Source of the DNA: Amoeboaphelidium protococcarum X5
Taxonomy: Eukaryota > Fungi > Aphelidiomycota
Length of the DNA stretch: 64,000 nucleotides
Assembly (NCBI GenBank): GCA_023515725.1
Contig: JALDTO010000158.1
Location: 310,001 to 374,000, forward strand
Direction of reading: 5' to 3'
The notes beneath the pieces were generated by a model, which was not told the DNA's origin, searched no databases, and saw only the letters and a program-made list of their open reading frames with translations. The translations under genes and the position numbers were made by a program. Position 1 is the stretch's first letter. Each line of letters starts with the position of its first letter. Below are positions 1-13,494 of this stretch, one piece after another.

Positions 1-1359
1 GTTCGTGCGCATCATCCCTGGATTGAAGTGTTTCTCACCTTTCCCATGTTATGGTGCGCGTTATGGACTATAGTGGCACATGTGAGTCCATTTGGAGTCT
101 TTGGGAATCAGGGATATGCCTTGTACTTGCTCGGCGTAGATCCACTGACTGTGGGCACTACCTGGTGGTTTGGTGCGTATGGAGGCGGAAGTTTCATTAT
201 TGCTCTCATTGTGTCTAGTCTGATATATTTATTCAAGGTACAGATCATGTCGCGTGATCGTGTTCTTGGCTATGAGCCTATTGGTGGCGCTGGATAGTAA
301 GTGTTTAGTAGAAGGCCTTATATAAGTCATCCTATGTACTGGGTGCTATATCTGCTCGTATTTCTGTATTCATTCGGGTGGATTTACCAGTATTATGCAC
401 CTTCCAATGTCATGTATTAGAAGCCACTGTCAGAATATGCTCCTCAATACCTAGATGTCACCTGTATGTCCAAGTACAATAGAAGTTATTTGGAAAATTA
501 TCTTGGCGCGCGTCAGCAGATATAGTAAAATGTTGCTACTGATCATCTAGTAATGTGGGCATTTGACTCTACTTAAACCACCATTGGAGATTAACCTCTA
601 TTGAGAAACGAGTCTGACGTTTTACATGAGATTAGGAAGATTAGCGATCGTTATGGTGTGTATCTGGCTGTATCGTACACTCTATCCGCATACAAGTAGC
701 CTAGTACTAGCAAGTTGGCTTTCGTTGTACCGTCAAAGTCCACTCTGCCACCTGGTAGTATGCTTGGCAATAGTTATGAAGATGAGGCCAGAATTGCTTT
801 TATTTATGAAATGGCTCACCCACTTCCTTTAATTCATTAGAATTACAACAGCGGCCAGAAGTGGAGACTCCCATACTTTGATACACCATTCGGACGCGTT
901 GGTGCCAGCATCGGTTATGATTACGATTTCTATGATATTGTACAGAGCTCTGATCACAAGGTTGATGTTATGTTGTAACCTGCAGCTGAGTTTGGCCCAT
1001 CTGTTCCAATGCACACCCAGATGAACAGGTTGACTGCCGTGTAGAATGGATTCACTCTGCTCAGATGTGCCAAGGGTGGATACTCTGGAGTTTATGACGC
1101 CTTTTACAAAGTTCAATCAGAGAAAGCTACTATCGCACATAATTTTACCATGTATGAGACTTATATGCCCATCCATCAACATCAAAGTACTGCTTATGGA
1201 GCATATAGAGATTTGCTTGGTTGGATTGCCACCGCAATGACCGGTATATGGATAATCCTGCTGGTGCTTTTAGGATTAAAGTCCAAAGGATGGTTACCTT
1301 AATCGTTGTCTCGTCAAATATTTAAACTTGAGAGATGGCTCACTTATGAGCGCTTATGA
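1..1359 (+). CDS. 5'-truncated Lnt (apolipoprotein N-acyltransferase)-like membrane protein with nitrilase/CN-hydrolase fold, catalytic triad apparently lost
   Basis: Frame 1 is open to TGA 1357-1359 with TAR=Gln. Motifs: FPMLWCALW..SPFGVFGNQGYA, DTPFGRVGASIGYDYDF, AVQNGFTLLRCAKGGYSGVYD, STAYGAYRDLLGW followed by a TM helix. Confidence 0.7.
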
Positions 1360-1567
1360 TTCCCTCTATACCATTATGATACTAGAGCTTAGTAGTCATT
1401 TTATTCATTATCGCTTAAATTTCTAATAAAATGCCTTCTTATGTATCTTCGTTCTTGTTTTGCCATTGAATTTAATCGCGCGTGTCCTCCTCGCCTTGTT
1501 TTGCCAGATCACATCTCTTTCCCTTTCGGTATAAAACTGTGCTGTGTGAAAATTGCGAAAATAAAAG

Positions 1568-2140
1568 ATGACTGAAATCAAAGCATAAAGTGAATAGCCA
1601 TAGTAAGAATAATAGTCACTGCAGACTAGTAGTAAGAGCAGTGATGCTAGTAAGAGCGAAAAGAAGAGCTACAAGATATACAAGGACCGCGCCACCATCT
1701 ACGTGGGACATATTCCGCATGGGTTCTATGAGAAGGAGATGCGTGCCTACTTTAAATAGTTTGGCGATGTGACGCGTTTAAGACTGAGCAGAAGCAAGAG
1801 AACCGGTCGATGCAGAGGATACGGATTTGTGGAATTCAAGAGTAAAGACACTGCGCAGGTGGTGGTGGATACGATGCACAACTATCTGATCATGGGCAAG
1901 CTGTTGCAGGTGAAAATGTTGGATCAGAGCAAATTACATCCGGACATTTGGATTGGATGCAGCAGAAGGTATGACGCGTTCCCTACCACCAGTCTGAAGA
2001 TTGATGAGAAGAAGTGTTAGAAGATGAACGAGCAAGAGCTAACTGATGAACGCGTCCAACTAAGGCTCGCTAAGCGTCAATAGAAGAAGGAGGCTCTGAA
2101 GTCTAAATTGGCTGAAGCTGGCATTGATTATGACTACTGA
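1568..2140 (+). CDS. NOP15: Nucleolar RRM protein Nop15/NIFK, 190 aa
   Basis: IYVGHIPHGFYEKEMRAYF..FGDVTRLRLSRSKRTGRCRGYGFVEF..MHNYLIMGKLL; ATG 1568 to TGA 2138-2140. Confidence 0.9.
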
Positions 2141-2254
2141 TTATAGATGTTAGTTATGAAAACAACCTAGATAATAGTATTAATATGTAATTATCAGCTT
2201 TCATAATTGAGAATAATAAAAGTTTTGTCATGCCAATACTTCATTAGTGATTGA

Positions 2255-4029
2255 TCAACGACCTTGTACAATGTCGTCAATTTTAAGGATCATCCTCACA
2301 CACTCCGAAGCCAATTGCACTGAACTAACAGATACCAGGAGTGGTTGAATTACATTTTCTTCCAGTATATTAGTGACGATGCCTTTGCGCACATTGATAC
2401 CAGCAGATTTCTCTCCTTGTGCGTGCTTATTACGCAACTCTGTCACAATCAGTATTGGATCCAGACCGGCGTTCTCAGCCAAAGTCACAGGCACAATTTC
2501 CAGAGCTTGAGCGAAAGCCTCCACGCATTGTGCCTCCATACCGGTTAGACTCTTTGCGTATGCAGACAGCTGGTACGCAATTTCAATCTCTGGAGCACCT
2601 CCACCAGCGATCAATGCCTTATTCTTCACCAGGCAGCGAATGACACACAGTGCATCATGCAGCGATCTTTCAGCCTCCTCCAGAACTAGCTTGTTGGCAC
2701 CACGTACCAGAATAGATACAGTCTTGGGTGCCTACTTTATGCCGGTAACTTTTACAACTTTTGCTCCATCTGACTGCACCTCCTCAACCAAGTCTGCAGA
2801 CCCCAACTTGTCCTCAGTGAAATTGTCAATATCTGCAATAGGTTTGCAGCCCAGAGATTTGCAAATAAACTCAACCTCATCACGTTCAATCTCCTTCACA
2901 GCCATAATCTTGAGCTTGGATAGAAAGTGAAGGGACAGATCATTGACTGCATCTCTCAAGATACTCTTCTGGATCAGCAGAACATTAGCACCAGACTTTT
3001 TGATCTTCTTACAAATGTTCAGAATGTACTAACGCTCCTCCTTGAGAATCTTGTCCATCTAGCGATAATCATTTACCACGATCTGATTATCCATATCTGG
3101 CTTTGGCGGGGACAATTGGAATTGGATCAGTGCAATCTTGGCCTTCTCCACTCTGCTAGGACCACCGGCACTCTTGATAGCACTCTGAGTCAGTACCAAG
3201 CCAGGCACAAGCTCCGTATCATCAATAGTACCACCAACCTTTTGCACGATACGGACATCATTCAGATCGACATTTGTCGCAGTGGCTGGATCGATAACTT
3301 GCATCACAGCATCCACGGCAATAGGTGCAAATAGAGATGAGTACTGCGATACAACCTTGGAATTCAGTGAAGTCGTAGCAGACTTGAGCAGGGATTCGCG
3401 GTCACTCAGGTCCAACTTTACCGACATTTCATTCAGAATTTCCACAGCTTTTACGGAAGCCTTCTGAAAAGACTCAGCGATAGTGGTTGGATGAATATTA
3501 CGATTTAGCAATTTCTGCGCCTGGCTCAACAGAGAACCAGCTAGAACCACAACACTGGTGGTTCCGTCTCCAGCCTCGACATCTTACGCTGCACTCAAAT
3601 CAACCAACTACATTAACCACGTAAAGGTTGCAAGAAAGCGGTTAAAATAATACAATCAAAAGCTTTATACTTACCATCTTCGCCGCCGGGTGAATGACAG
3701 CCATGTGCTTCAGGATAGTGGCACCATCATTGGTAATCAGCACCTGTCCACTTCCAGTCTAAATCATCTTGTCCATACCACGAGGCCCAAGACTTGTACG
3801 TACAGCATCAGCGACGGCTACACATATAAAGAGAAGAAAGGATAATTATAACGCGTAAGTATTAGATCGAAAGTATTATAGTTGAGTTACCTTTAGCTGC
3901 AATGATGTTGCTCAGACGCACCTCAGTAGGCTTCTCCTTGTCTTTGAATGTTCCGCTCTAAGTCTTACTTGCACCAGAACTCTAGGCGCTACTAGATTGC
4001 GTTGATGATGAAGCCATTTCTTATGCCAT
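2255..4029 (-). CDS. CCT4: T-complex protein 1 subunit delta; introns 3818-3890 and 3608-3674
   Basis: [52 protein letters not shown]. Two GT-AG introns restore the frame. Start may be 4029 or 4017. Confidence 0.95.
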
Positions 4030-4272
4030 TATATTAACAATTTCTATTCGCGAGCTGCTTGCTTGATCAATTGAAATTAAGATAGACTCCAAGTGCTTCA
4101 AATGAATGAAATTCTACAGAACGAACGGCGAGCGCGTCTGGCCGTGCTTCAAAGAGGCTGATTTTGCTTCAGTGGAAATTTGTATAGAGAGAGAGAGACA
4201 TTAAGAGAGATTGTTACTCAAATGGAAGCAAGTAACTAAAGATTGTGTACTTTAAACTCTATTTAAATTGAA

Positions 4273-5512
4273 TCATGGCTAACGCAGTTTTTGAAGATAT
4301 TTTTAAAGAATTTCATGGTGACTATTTAGCAGATTCTTGACAAACAGCAGAGGAGGTCGCTTGATCAATGTTGAGTCCATTTCATCAAACATCTGAGCCT
4401 GGAGAGACATTTAGTCACATTTGCGCGTTATATAAGCCGTGAGCATTTGATCAATGTCAACGCCATAATGAGATAAAATTTGGTCACACTACGCAATTGC
4501 ATTTCTAACCTTTTTAGATACCTTTAAAGTTCCATCAGACTTAAAGCGAACCACACTATCATCGTCAAAGCATTGACTTAAAGTCTGTTCATACTAGGCA
4601 CCATCCGACAGCATAACATCACTCAATCGAATTGTGACTGTATCAAATGGATTGTCGCGTTCAGTAAAGCCATAATTGCAAAATAGCTGAACATTGTCCT
4701 TATCACCGTACGTATTAAACACTTCACATCCTTTCTATACCGGTCGCACAATTCTCATATCAATTTGGTTATAGCTGTGGTTATAAACCTTTGACACTCT
4801 AACATTCTCTGTCTCTAGATGAACGTTCTCCGAACCAGATTTGTGATTGAAGAGGTCAGCCATAGGCACCATACAGTCTTGGAGATAATCATCAACGTAG
4901 AAGCATCTGGATGATACTAGAGAACTGCAGCGCACAAACTATTAAAAATTGAAATATTTGCGACATTTGAAATACTTGGGATACTTTTTGAATAGAGGCT
5001 CGACGATCTATTCATAGTCCTGAAGCAAACTCTGCCTCTCACCCTGAAGCTTATCGTTATTCAACTCGGAGCATTATAGAGCATCTAGTGCCAGCTTGTA
5101 TTCCTAGCCATATTATGCGATAAAGTCCTGAGTCCATAGAATGGGTAAGTTTGCTTCCATCTGTGGTAAAGACTAAAGATACGCGTAATATCTAGATTAC
5201 TCGCGCAATGAAAATTCGTACATCAGCACTACCGCCAGTCTTATCACACCGTGAATGTCTTCAGTATTAAATACTCGCCGCAAATCACTAGTCTTTGGAG
5301 ATATTACGGCATACTTGTTGATTTTACACACTACAAAGGACAATAAATATGGTGATATGTATCGCTATATATAGTCTGGTCTTACCGACTTCATCCTCAC
5401 TCAAGTCGCGTTTGGCAAATACTCCACACTGGCCATTATTCTGGATGACCTCAATAGCCTCACTATCGTACCAAACACCATTCTAATTGAACCACTAAAA
5501 TAATGTCTCCAT
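4273..5512 (-). CDS. SET-domain protein-lysine methyltransferase (SETD6/Rkm4-like); intron 5331-5385
   Basis: WFNQNGVWYD..GVFAKRDL, MVPMADLFNH, EVFNTYG..N.QLF.NYGF..DNPFD; the phase-1 intron restores the frame. Confidence 0.85.
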
Positions 5513-5993
5513 CTATCAGTGATGAAAGAAATATGTTATATCTCTGACTTTGATAGAGAAGTGATGGGAAAATTTTGAAAATCAAGAGTAGTAAGGTGTG
5601 AGATTGTAGTCTTGTAAGTAAGTACCTATGAAGATGGGAATATTCTCTTTAACTCGTAGTAGCACATATACATACTATATTATCTCTGCATTCATTCATC
5701 AGTGTTAACTTTTGCCTTAGTGACTTTGGATTGCCTATTGCTTGTAACTATGAAGCCTAAATTGCGCAAATTATGCATCTGAGTGGTTGGTAACCCTTTT
5801 GGCAACGATTGCATTGTGGTTGCCATTTACCTGGAAGTATCTGAGAATGTGGCGCCCTGGATGCATCTAAAATTACACCTCTTCTTATCATCATCATCAT
5901 CATCATCATCACTTACTGATAAGTCATTGCATCGCTGCAACTTACAAAGCTTTCGCGTGAATCTCTAAGCTTAACTGATTTGAATCAACTGAC

Positions 5994-6794
5994 ATGGTAT
6001 CTGTAACAAGTGCAACTCTGCTCTTGGTGGCCGCATCTCTGGTAGCGTCTTAAGCTAAAGTTGGTTCATCAGGAGGAATGGTCATACCGGGAGATGGTAG
6101 TGGCATAAAGCTTCCTGATCCTGGAATGTATGCTACTGTGATTGGTACATCTACCACCAATGCTGCTACTACTTCCACTCAAGTCTCTCCTACTACTGAG
6201 CCTGAGAAAGCGGCAGTTGTAGGCGATGCATAACCAATAGGTGAGCCTGCCATCCAACCAAGTAATACTGTGCTTAATATGACTCCAGACATGTCTGGCT
6301 TCCCAACGCCTTCTGGTACGCCTCCGCCTGTGTAGTCTGTCCAGGCCGCAGCAATTGTTTAAACACAAGCAGGAAGTCAAATTGGTGGTGGTGGTGTGTC
6401 GGCTACTCAAACCGCCTCCGCAGTTACAACTACTGGCGCTTCTAATCAGGGCCCAAAACTCGGTGTGGCTTTAGCTGAAGCTGCTCCTGCCGGAACTAGC
6501 AGCTCCTCTTCATCGTCATCAAGCAGCTCATCATCCTCAAGTTCAGGCTCCAAGTCTACGACTGCAACTGTTCAGGCCACCACAACATCTGCTGGAGAAG
6601 CAAGGTTCACTACCATGACAATTTACTCCACTCAGGATTACGTGGTGTCTTCTAGCACGCGTAAAACTGTTATTGCTATTGGCACAGTTGTTCCTTTGAG
6701 TAATAACACCATTGTGCCTAGCTCTGGTTAGCAAGCGTACTCTAATGCTGCAGCATTGTTCAGCTTCGCCGCAGGTTTGGCTTTGTTGCTCTGA
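5994..6794 (+). CDS. Ser/Thr-rich secreted, probably GPI-anchored surface protein, 266 aa
   Basis: N-terminal signal peptide, S/T/A/P-rich body, hydrophobic C-terminus YSNAAALFSFAAGLALLL followed by TGA. Confidence 0.8.
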
Positions 6795-7167
6795 GTGGTT
6801 TGATGGTTAATCGTTTGATGATTAAGTAATAATGATGAGGAGACGTTGATGGAATAAAATTGACAGCTAAAATTGAATTTTAAATTGTTTAAGCTTTTCT
6901 TACCTAATGGGCATTTTAAACCATCTATTCTGAAAGTAATATTACCCTCACATAATGTCCCTGATGACGCGTAGTTAACTTTCGTAAGCGCATAACGATC
7001 AGTCGTCAGCATGGCAACGACAATGAAGCGGTTGCCACGCAAAAGTCCCAGCGATCTTCTAGACATTGCTGTTTTAAGGCTATCTTTATCCTAATTAACT
7101 TGATGCTGAAATCTAAATTGGAAGGCCTTAATTCTTATATAGCATTGTTTGTTGGAATTCACTAAAA

Positions 7168-7569
7168 ATGCAGTTGACACGAAGTATTTGGTTGATTTCC
7201 GTCATGTTGTTTCAAGTCTCTGCACTGTTGCAACCTGTAGATTCTTCATCGTAGCTTTAAACCACCACGTCATCTTAAAAGACTAGCTAGGCCCAAGTTA
7301 CCACCACATAATCTGGCACTGTATTAGGATCACCCTCTGTTACAACTATCTCATAAGCTGATAACGGAAATTTCACGTCGACTGTGTTGCAATCCACTCA
7401 GGAGTATGTGGTTTCCTCGAGTACTATGTAGACAGTGGTGCCAATCAGTACCGTCCTCCCCAAGAATAACACATTTGTCCCCACTTATACCTTTGGTGGC
7501 GGCTCTCAAGTTTACACTAACGCTGCAGCAATGCTCAGTATTGTCGCGTGTATTGCGTTTATGCTCTGA
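7168..7569 (+). CDS. Short paralog of the preceding GPI-anchored S/T-rich protein, 133 aa
   Basis: Signal peptide MQLTRSIWLISVMLF. STQEYVVSSST..V..I.TV.P.NNT.VP..YTNAAAMLSIVACIAFML matches the C-terminus of 5994-6794. Confidence 0.8.
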
Positions 7570-7755
7570 TGATGAAAGTTTAAGAGTATATACGAATGAA
7601 TAGTCAGTCAGTCAGTCAAAACTGGAATAGCATGATGAATGAATGGATCAATGAGCTGCTGGAGGGCTGTTACAAAGTTTAGAATGATTAAAATTCAAAA
7701 AATAGAAAAGTCTACTGTTTAAACATTAAATCATAATAAAGTGAATATCACATAT

Positions 7756-9174
7756 TCATTATTACTATTATTATTTATTATCACTTTAGATTTCGTTCAA
7801 AAAATCTTCAATAGAACTGAATTGGTCTAAATCGTATCCCAACGCGCCAGTGACATCGTTAATGTTATCATTCAGAATCTCCAAATCGCTGCTTATATCA
7901 TTTATGTGACTCTAATTATACGGTACTTGAGTGAGCAATTTGGACGGATTGATCTATAATGGCGGCTATTGATACTGCTGCTGCTGCTGTTAAGACTAAT
8001 ATGCAGACGGATTCATTGGTGACATTGCCAATTATTATCCTTTTTAACCACGAGCAGATGATGACGACGTGTCTGATGGAGATGGAATTTGCTATATAGA
8101 AGGTTGTTATTATTATTATTAGCTAGATAAGCTTTGCATCAGAGCATTGGTAGACTCATTTAATGCGAAATTATCTCCGTCATTACTATAGACATCATTA
8201 TCGTCTAGAGATTAACTGTCCCCAATTAAATAAGGCGACTTAACTCCACCAGACGAGGATTACGTGGCGTGTTGAAGCAACTATGAGAACTACTGCTCCA
8301 CTCTGCCTTTCAAAGTACCACTCTTGTCCAACTTGGCTAATTGAGCCAAAAATCTAACAATATTATTCACCACTAATTCTTGCTGTTAATGTCGCTGCTA
8401 CTGCTACATCATCTCCTTCCATATAATCTCATTCTATTACGAGATATTTTGCATCTCCTGAGTTATGGCCAATTAAGTCTACTTTATAGCATTAATCTCC
8501 TGTATAATTATACCGACATCACTAGCATTCAGAGTGGACAGCATATTGTTACCAGTGCTACCGCCGCCAGAGGTACCAACAATGCTATTACCACCACTAC
8601 CAGCCAATAACTAAATTGCATTATCCAATTTGGCTTATGCAGACTTTACCGCAGCTTTCCTCTTCATTTGCTCCATCAATTATGGATTATCCCGCTAGAA
8701 GAAGTCCTGCTTAAACTCTTGCCTCTCCGTACTACTCTAGTCTTACTTGACACCCTGCAAGACATCCACAACCTTATGGAAGCCGTACATATTCAGCTAA
8801 CGCACAAAAGAGCTAAAATTATTATGCTTGAAGAACTTTGGCAGCACGTACTAAGAGAAATCTTCCTAGTTCAATACAATAAAAGACATTCCATCTGGAG
8901 ACCACTGGATCATATCATCGCATCCTTTATCATTGACCATATTGTACAATTTGATCAAGAATGCAGGTACATTCGGCTGAGATTTCAGAGATAGATGCAC
9001 CTTGTAGTCTGCGTACTTTTGCCTTATATCATCTGTAGCACCTTTACCGTGAGCGGATGACCCCATCTAGACATCAATATCGTTATCATTGTTATCATCA
9101 CTAAAATTATGCGATGACTACACACTACTCTCCTCCTCGGACGTTGTCGGTCTAGCTCTTTTCTTCAAGCTCAT
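7756..9174 (-). CDS. Heat-shock factor family transcription factor, about 472 aa
   Basis: HSF DNA-binding domain [48 protein letters not shown], then a coiled coil and Q-rich tail; TGA 7756-7758. Confidence 0.9.
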
Positions 9175-9841
9175 AACTAGACTTATGGTAGACTATCTAT
9201 ACTCTAGTGTGAATTGAGGGAATTATCAACAGATTGGTAACAACTAAATGTAAACTGTACACAATACGAGTGACAATTATCGCGCGTTCAGTAGTTGAAA
9301 AGAAAAACTGCTGAAAAGCGAACGCGTTTCCGTTCTTGGCCATTATTCATGATTAGAGGTAGCGTGAATGGATAGAACGGTCGTAAGGACTCTCATTTAC
9401 ACATTATATGCAAATGTGGCCTAACATGAAGCTTTTGAATATAGTTTATTAGGTCTACAGGACTGATAATTTTCTTACTTTCACCTGGAATAAGTAATAG
9501 TAGTGACAATTGCCATTCTGCGACGTGCTGCTTTGATCACAAATTTACTGTGCCGGTTCTTTGGGTCAGAGTACACCCGCCCCTTGCTTGTCTATTGAAA
9601 ATGTTCATTTACGGCACTTTACACCGCTTTTGCAGTCACGCGCATTACTATATTTACCTTTCCAAATCATCGTGGCTCTCTTTAGACCATTATAGCAAAT
9701 TTCGTTACTATTTTTAGCATTACTGACGCAGTTGATCAATTCACAAGTCTCTGTGATTCTGATCTCTTCTACTTCAAACGCATTTATTAAATTACACCGC
9801 TGATCATTAAACTAGTATCAAATAATAATAAAAAATTAATA

Positions 9842-10432
9842 ATGGCAGTCTTAAGAAGAAGTAATGCCGTGTGGGACCTTACTCAAATACCTAGCGATAC
9901 TTTTCTGTTTGTGGATATTAATGTCGAGATTTCGCTTGCTGCTAATGATGACTCTGTTACGCCCTCAACGACTGATTGCCAATTGTTGGAGTGCAGCGAT
10001 AACAACGCCAAGCCTAAAGTTATGCAACTGCGAGAAATCGATACCATGTAATCTGTACGTTAATTGAAAAAGCTGATTGAGCCTCTTGCATATCATATGT
10101 ACCTGCAGAGAATGGAGCCCGAGAATGTTACTATAGGTCGAAATGTCGATTACTATGCTCATGTGAAGTCTCCGACTGCTGATTAAGCGTAATCGCCCGT
10201 GTCAGATTATCACTCTGAAGATGGATAGAGTCCCACCGCGCTGCATGATGGTATTAATGTACGACACACAGCTTTAGAGAGTGGTAGATCAGATAGTTTC
10301 ATGGATTGCATGAAAATATAGTTCAATGGGCAAGTAATGCAAGACTCTGATCGCCTGTTTTAGTTCAAGCTCGCCAAGTCGTGCAACATCACATGCCACG
10401 TTGAAGTTGACAAACTTCGTATACCTCATTGA
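9842..10432 (+). CDS. Hypothetical protein, 196 aa, possible interrupted ubiquitin-like fold
   Basis: ATG to TGA open in table 6. The C-terminal MKIQFNGQVMQDSDRLFQFKLAKSCNITCHV resembles a Ubl tail. Confidence 0.55.
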
Positions 10433-10554
10433 TTTTAATATAGAATATCATAATTACTTAACATTTAAATAATAATCTTTCATTTAAAAACATTTTATAA
10501 ATCTAATCAATCATCATCGTTCAAGTGTTCATCATTTCAAGACCTTCCGGAGTA

Positions 10555-12885
10555 TCACTGACCAAAACTCACAACGCGCCTCACTTGTTTCAGCATGGCC
10601 CCATTTCTTACGCCATTAGCTGGTATTCTATAGACAATCTTGTTCACCTTATTGATCTCTTTAATGGAGGATAGAATTGCCAGTTCGCGTTCAACATCAT
10701 TTTGAAGCTAGTTTTTCTATTGAAATAAAACTTTGATTTACTAGGTGACTGCGTCAACTGCAGAATCTTAATGGGCTGAGTTGTGAGGCACTTAAACCTG
10801 AGACAACTTTGCCTTGAGCTCAGCGTTATCTTTAGCTAAAGCCTCCTTCTCCGCAGTAACACTCTGTAACATCTTCTTGAATCCAGTCATCTAATTCTAG
10901 AATCCGTATTGCAAATGTTCAATTTCTTCCAAGATCACTTTGAATCTAGGATCCTGCTCATTCTTAGATATCTATTACTAAGACTTTGCAAATTATTCCA
11001 TGCTATCTACCAAACCTTCGTGGATCGCAGACAAGATCTGTTCCTTTGACTCTTTAAACGCGTCCAGCAGCGGTGCATTGTCAACCTTTGGTGTAGACTT
11101 TTGCTGTATCGTAGTCATCGTCTAGTTCAAGTTCTTATAGTTGGTGTTAGTTTGCAGACTGTAGTTATTGAGCTGGGTACGTAAATCATTCACATTCTTG
11201 CTCAAATCTAGCAAGTGATTAACCACCGTAATGCTGTCGTGGCCATTCATCTTTGAAGGCGACACAGATTTTGCGCGTGCAGTATCTTGAACAACTTGTG
11301 GTGATAGCGGAGTAATATCGGACTACGTCTTATAATTATGCAAGATGGCTTTGACTTCTGAGACAGCCTGTTGAACGTCCTTGACTATCACGTTGGTACT
11401 CTACGGATACGTCCCAACACTACTCAACAATTGCGAGAGTTTATTTTTCATTCCCTCCACATCTGATCTTAATCTTTTTATATCCGCACTTTATGCAGAA
11501 TCTTGCTTTTCAAATCCCTGTAATACATTTTATAGCATTTTGATCTACTTCACAACATTTCCAGTCAAATCCTGTTGTGAGGATGCAGAGGATTACTACT
11601 ACATAGCAGATCGACTAATGTTGACAACTTCTGCTTCAATTCTATCAAGCTATACAGATGCTTAACTGATCTAAGAGATTTCTTAAGGAGACTTTGCGGT
11701 CTACATAGCCAGCTTGTCGATTATACTGTCCAATTTACTGTGGAATGACGCGTCGGACAAATTCTATATGTCTACAGTCTTTGACAAGTACTCCAAAATC
11801 TTGGACAATGAATCAGATACGGCTTAAAATTGCTACCTATTATCAGAGACAGGAATGCTCTTAATCTCAGCGGAAATAGACTAGATAGATCTGTTCAACT
11901 ACGCAAAATCAGATGCACTAGACTACTCATTGCCTTAGGACTCAATCTTTTCAATAGAAGCAGCAATAGAGTCAATTTTCTACTTCAACAACACAAAGCC
12001 AGCTCGTTATTCTTCAACAGATCCTTGCACCACACCTAGACTTTACTGTTAGTGCGTGCTGATAATACTTGACAGGGCAGATACTTGGTTCTAGATATCA
12101 ACAATGCAAGTTTTAGTATCATTGTCAGATTAATTGCATATTGCACTTGCAACATTCTCATTATACAGAACTTACTACTTCTCATGTTACTGATAGGCAG
12201 AGATGGCAACAGCACTCTCATTGCACTACAGAGACCTTGAGCTAACACCAAAGCCATCAACGTCCGAAGCAGAAACTTAAATGACCGGAGATGCGGAAAA
12301 TGGAGATATGATAGTTTAATCATACAATCTAGACTCGTCAATGTCATCGACAATCTGAGCGTCTCGGGGCATAGATGAGATCAGAGACATGACCAGATCG
12401 CGATCAAGTTACTACTTGAAACAATAGACATCGCCATTCAAATGCAATTCATATCTTTTCAGACTGTCCTTGGACATGACCTAAGATTCCATATAGCGGT
12501 ATTCTTTACTCGGACTCACAGCATACTCATCCTTATAGACTTTGAATGTCTCTCCATCTGCTCTGACAAACAGCTTCTTATTCACCATGATTGATCGTCG
12601 GTATGCCCATCCAGAGAAGGACACGGATTACACGATGTCTGGCTATTCATCCTTCATCGCATCAGAATATACAACTTCATCTTCATCATAAACTATAGCG
12701 CTTCTAACAGTGTTATATTTACTGCCAGCTCGACTCTTCCTAGATGGGGATTTGACTGAATAAAGATCGTTCTCAGGGAAGCTCATGTAAGACTTCTCAT
12801 CAAACTCTGACAGACACACATCACTTCCCTGCTCTGTGAAATGTCTATCTCTGCTCTTACTTGCTAAATAAGCTTCCAGACTCAT
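10555..12885 (-). CDS. Large hypothetical coiled-coil protein, about 776 aa
   Basis: Long Q/E/K/L-rich table-6 ORF from ATG 12885 to TGA 10555-10557; no family motif recognised. Confidence 0.65.
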
Positions 12886-13494
12886 AATCTTCTACCGTAA
12901 TCAAAATTGGAAATTAATCAGATAAATTGTAATACTCTTTAGAAATCTTTGATAGTGCTAGAATCACTACGGATGAGATGTTGTTTCGGTACGGGGTAAA
13001 TCTATCGTGTTTCCATGGCGACCAAGGTGAGAGAAACACCGAGTGCGGAGGCATTCTGAGATTTTTGTACCTTACACTTACAGTATCATGAGATACTTTC
13101 ACATTTGGTTGGTACATCTGGTTGACGATAAAAGCTGTGACAATTGCTTAAATCAAGTGAGGATGAACAGCAACTTGAATGACTGTCACTTTGAAATATG
13201 AAATGGCAAATTAGACGAATTGAATCAATAAAATCATAAACGTATACACTGTAATGCTTCTTATAAACTTTTATTCTCGGTTCCAATTCCAAAGCATTTG
13301 TTTCATGCAACGGCTAGCTCTGAAACAACTGACCGCTGACATTAAAGAATTGCTCGTCAGCCAATCAGAAGCCACGCGTGATCAATTATCCTTCCAAGAC
13401 GGCGTGATCGGTGAGAAGAGGCGCGTCGTTTCTTCTTTCGTCTTGAAACAACAACAACAAATACAAATACATCAGCATTATTATTATCATCAGT

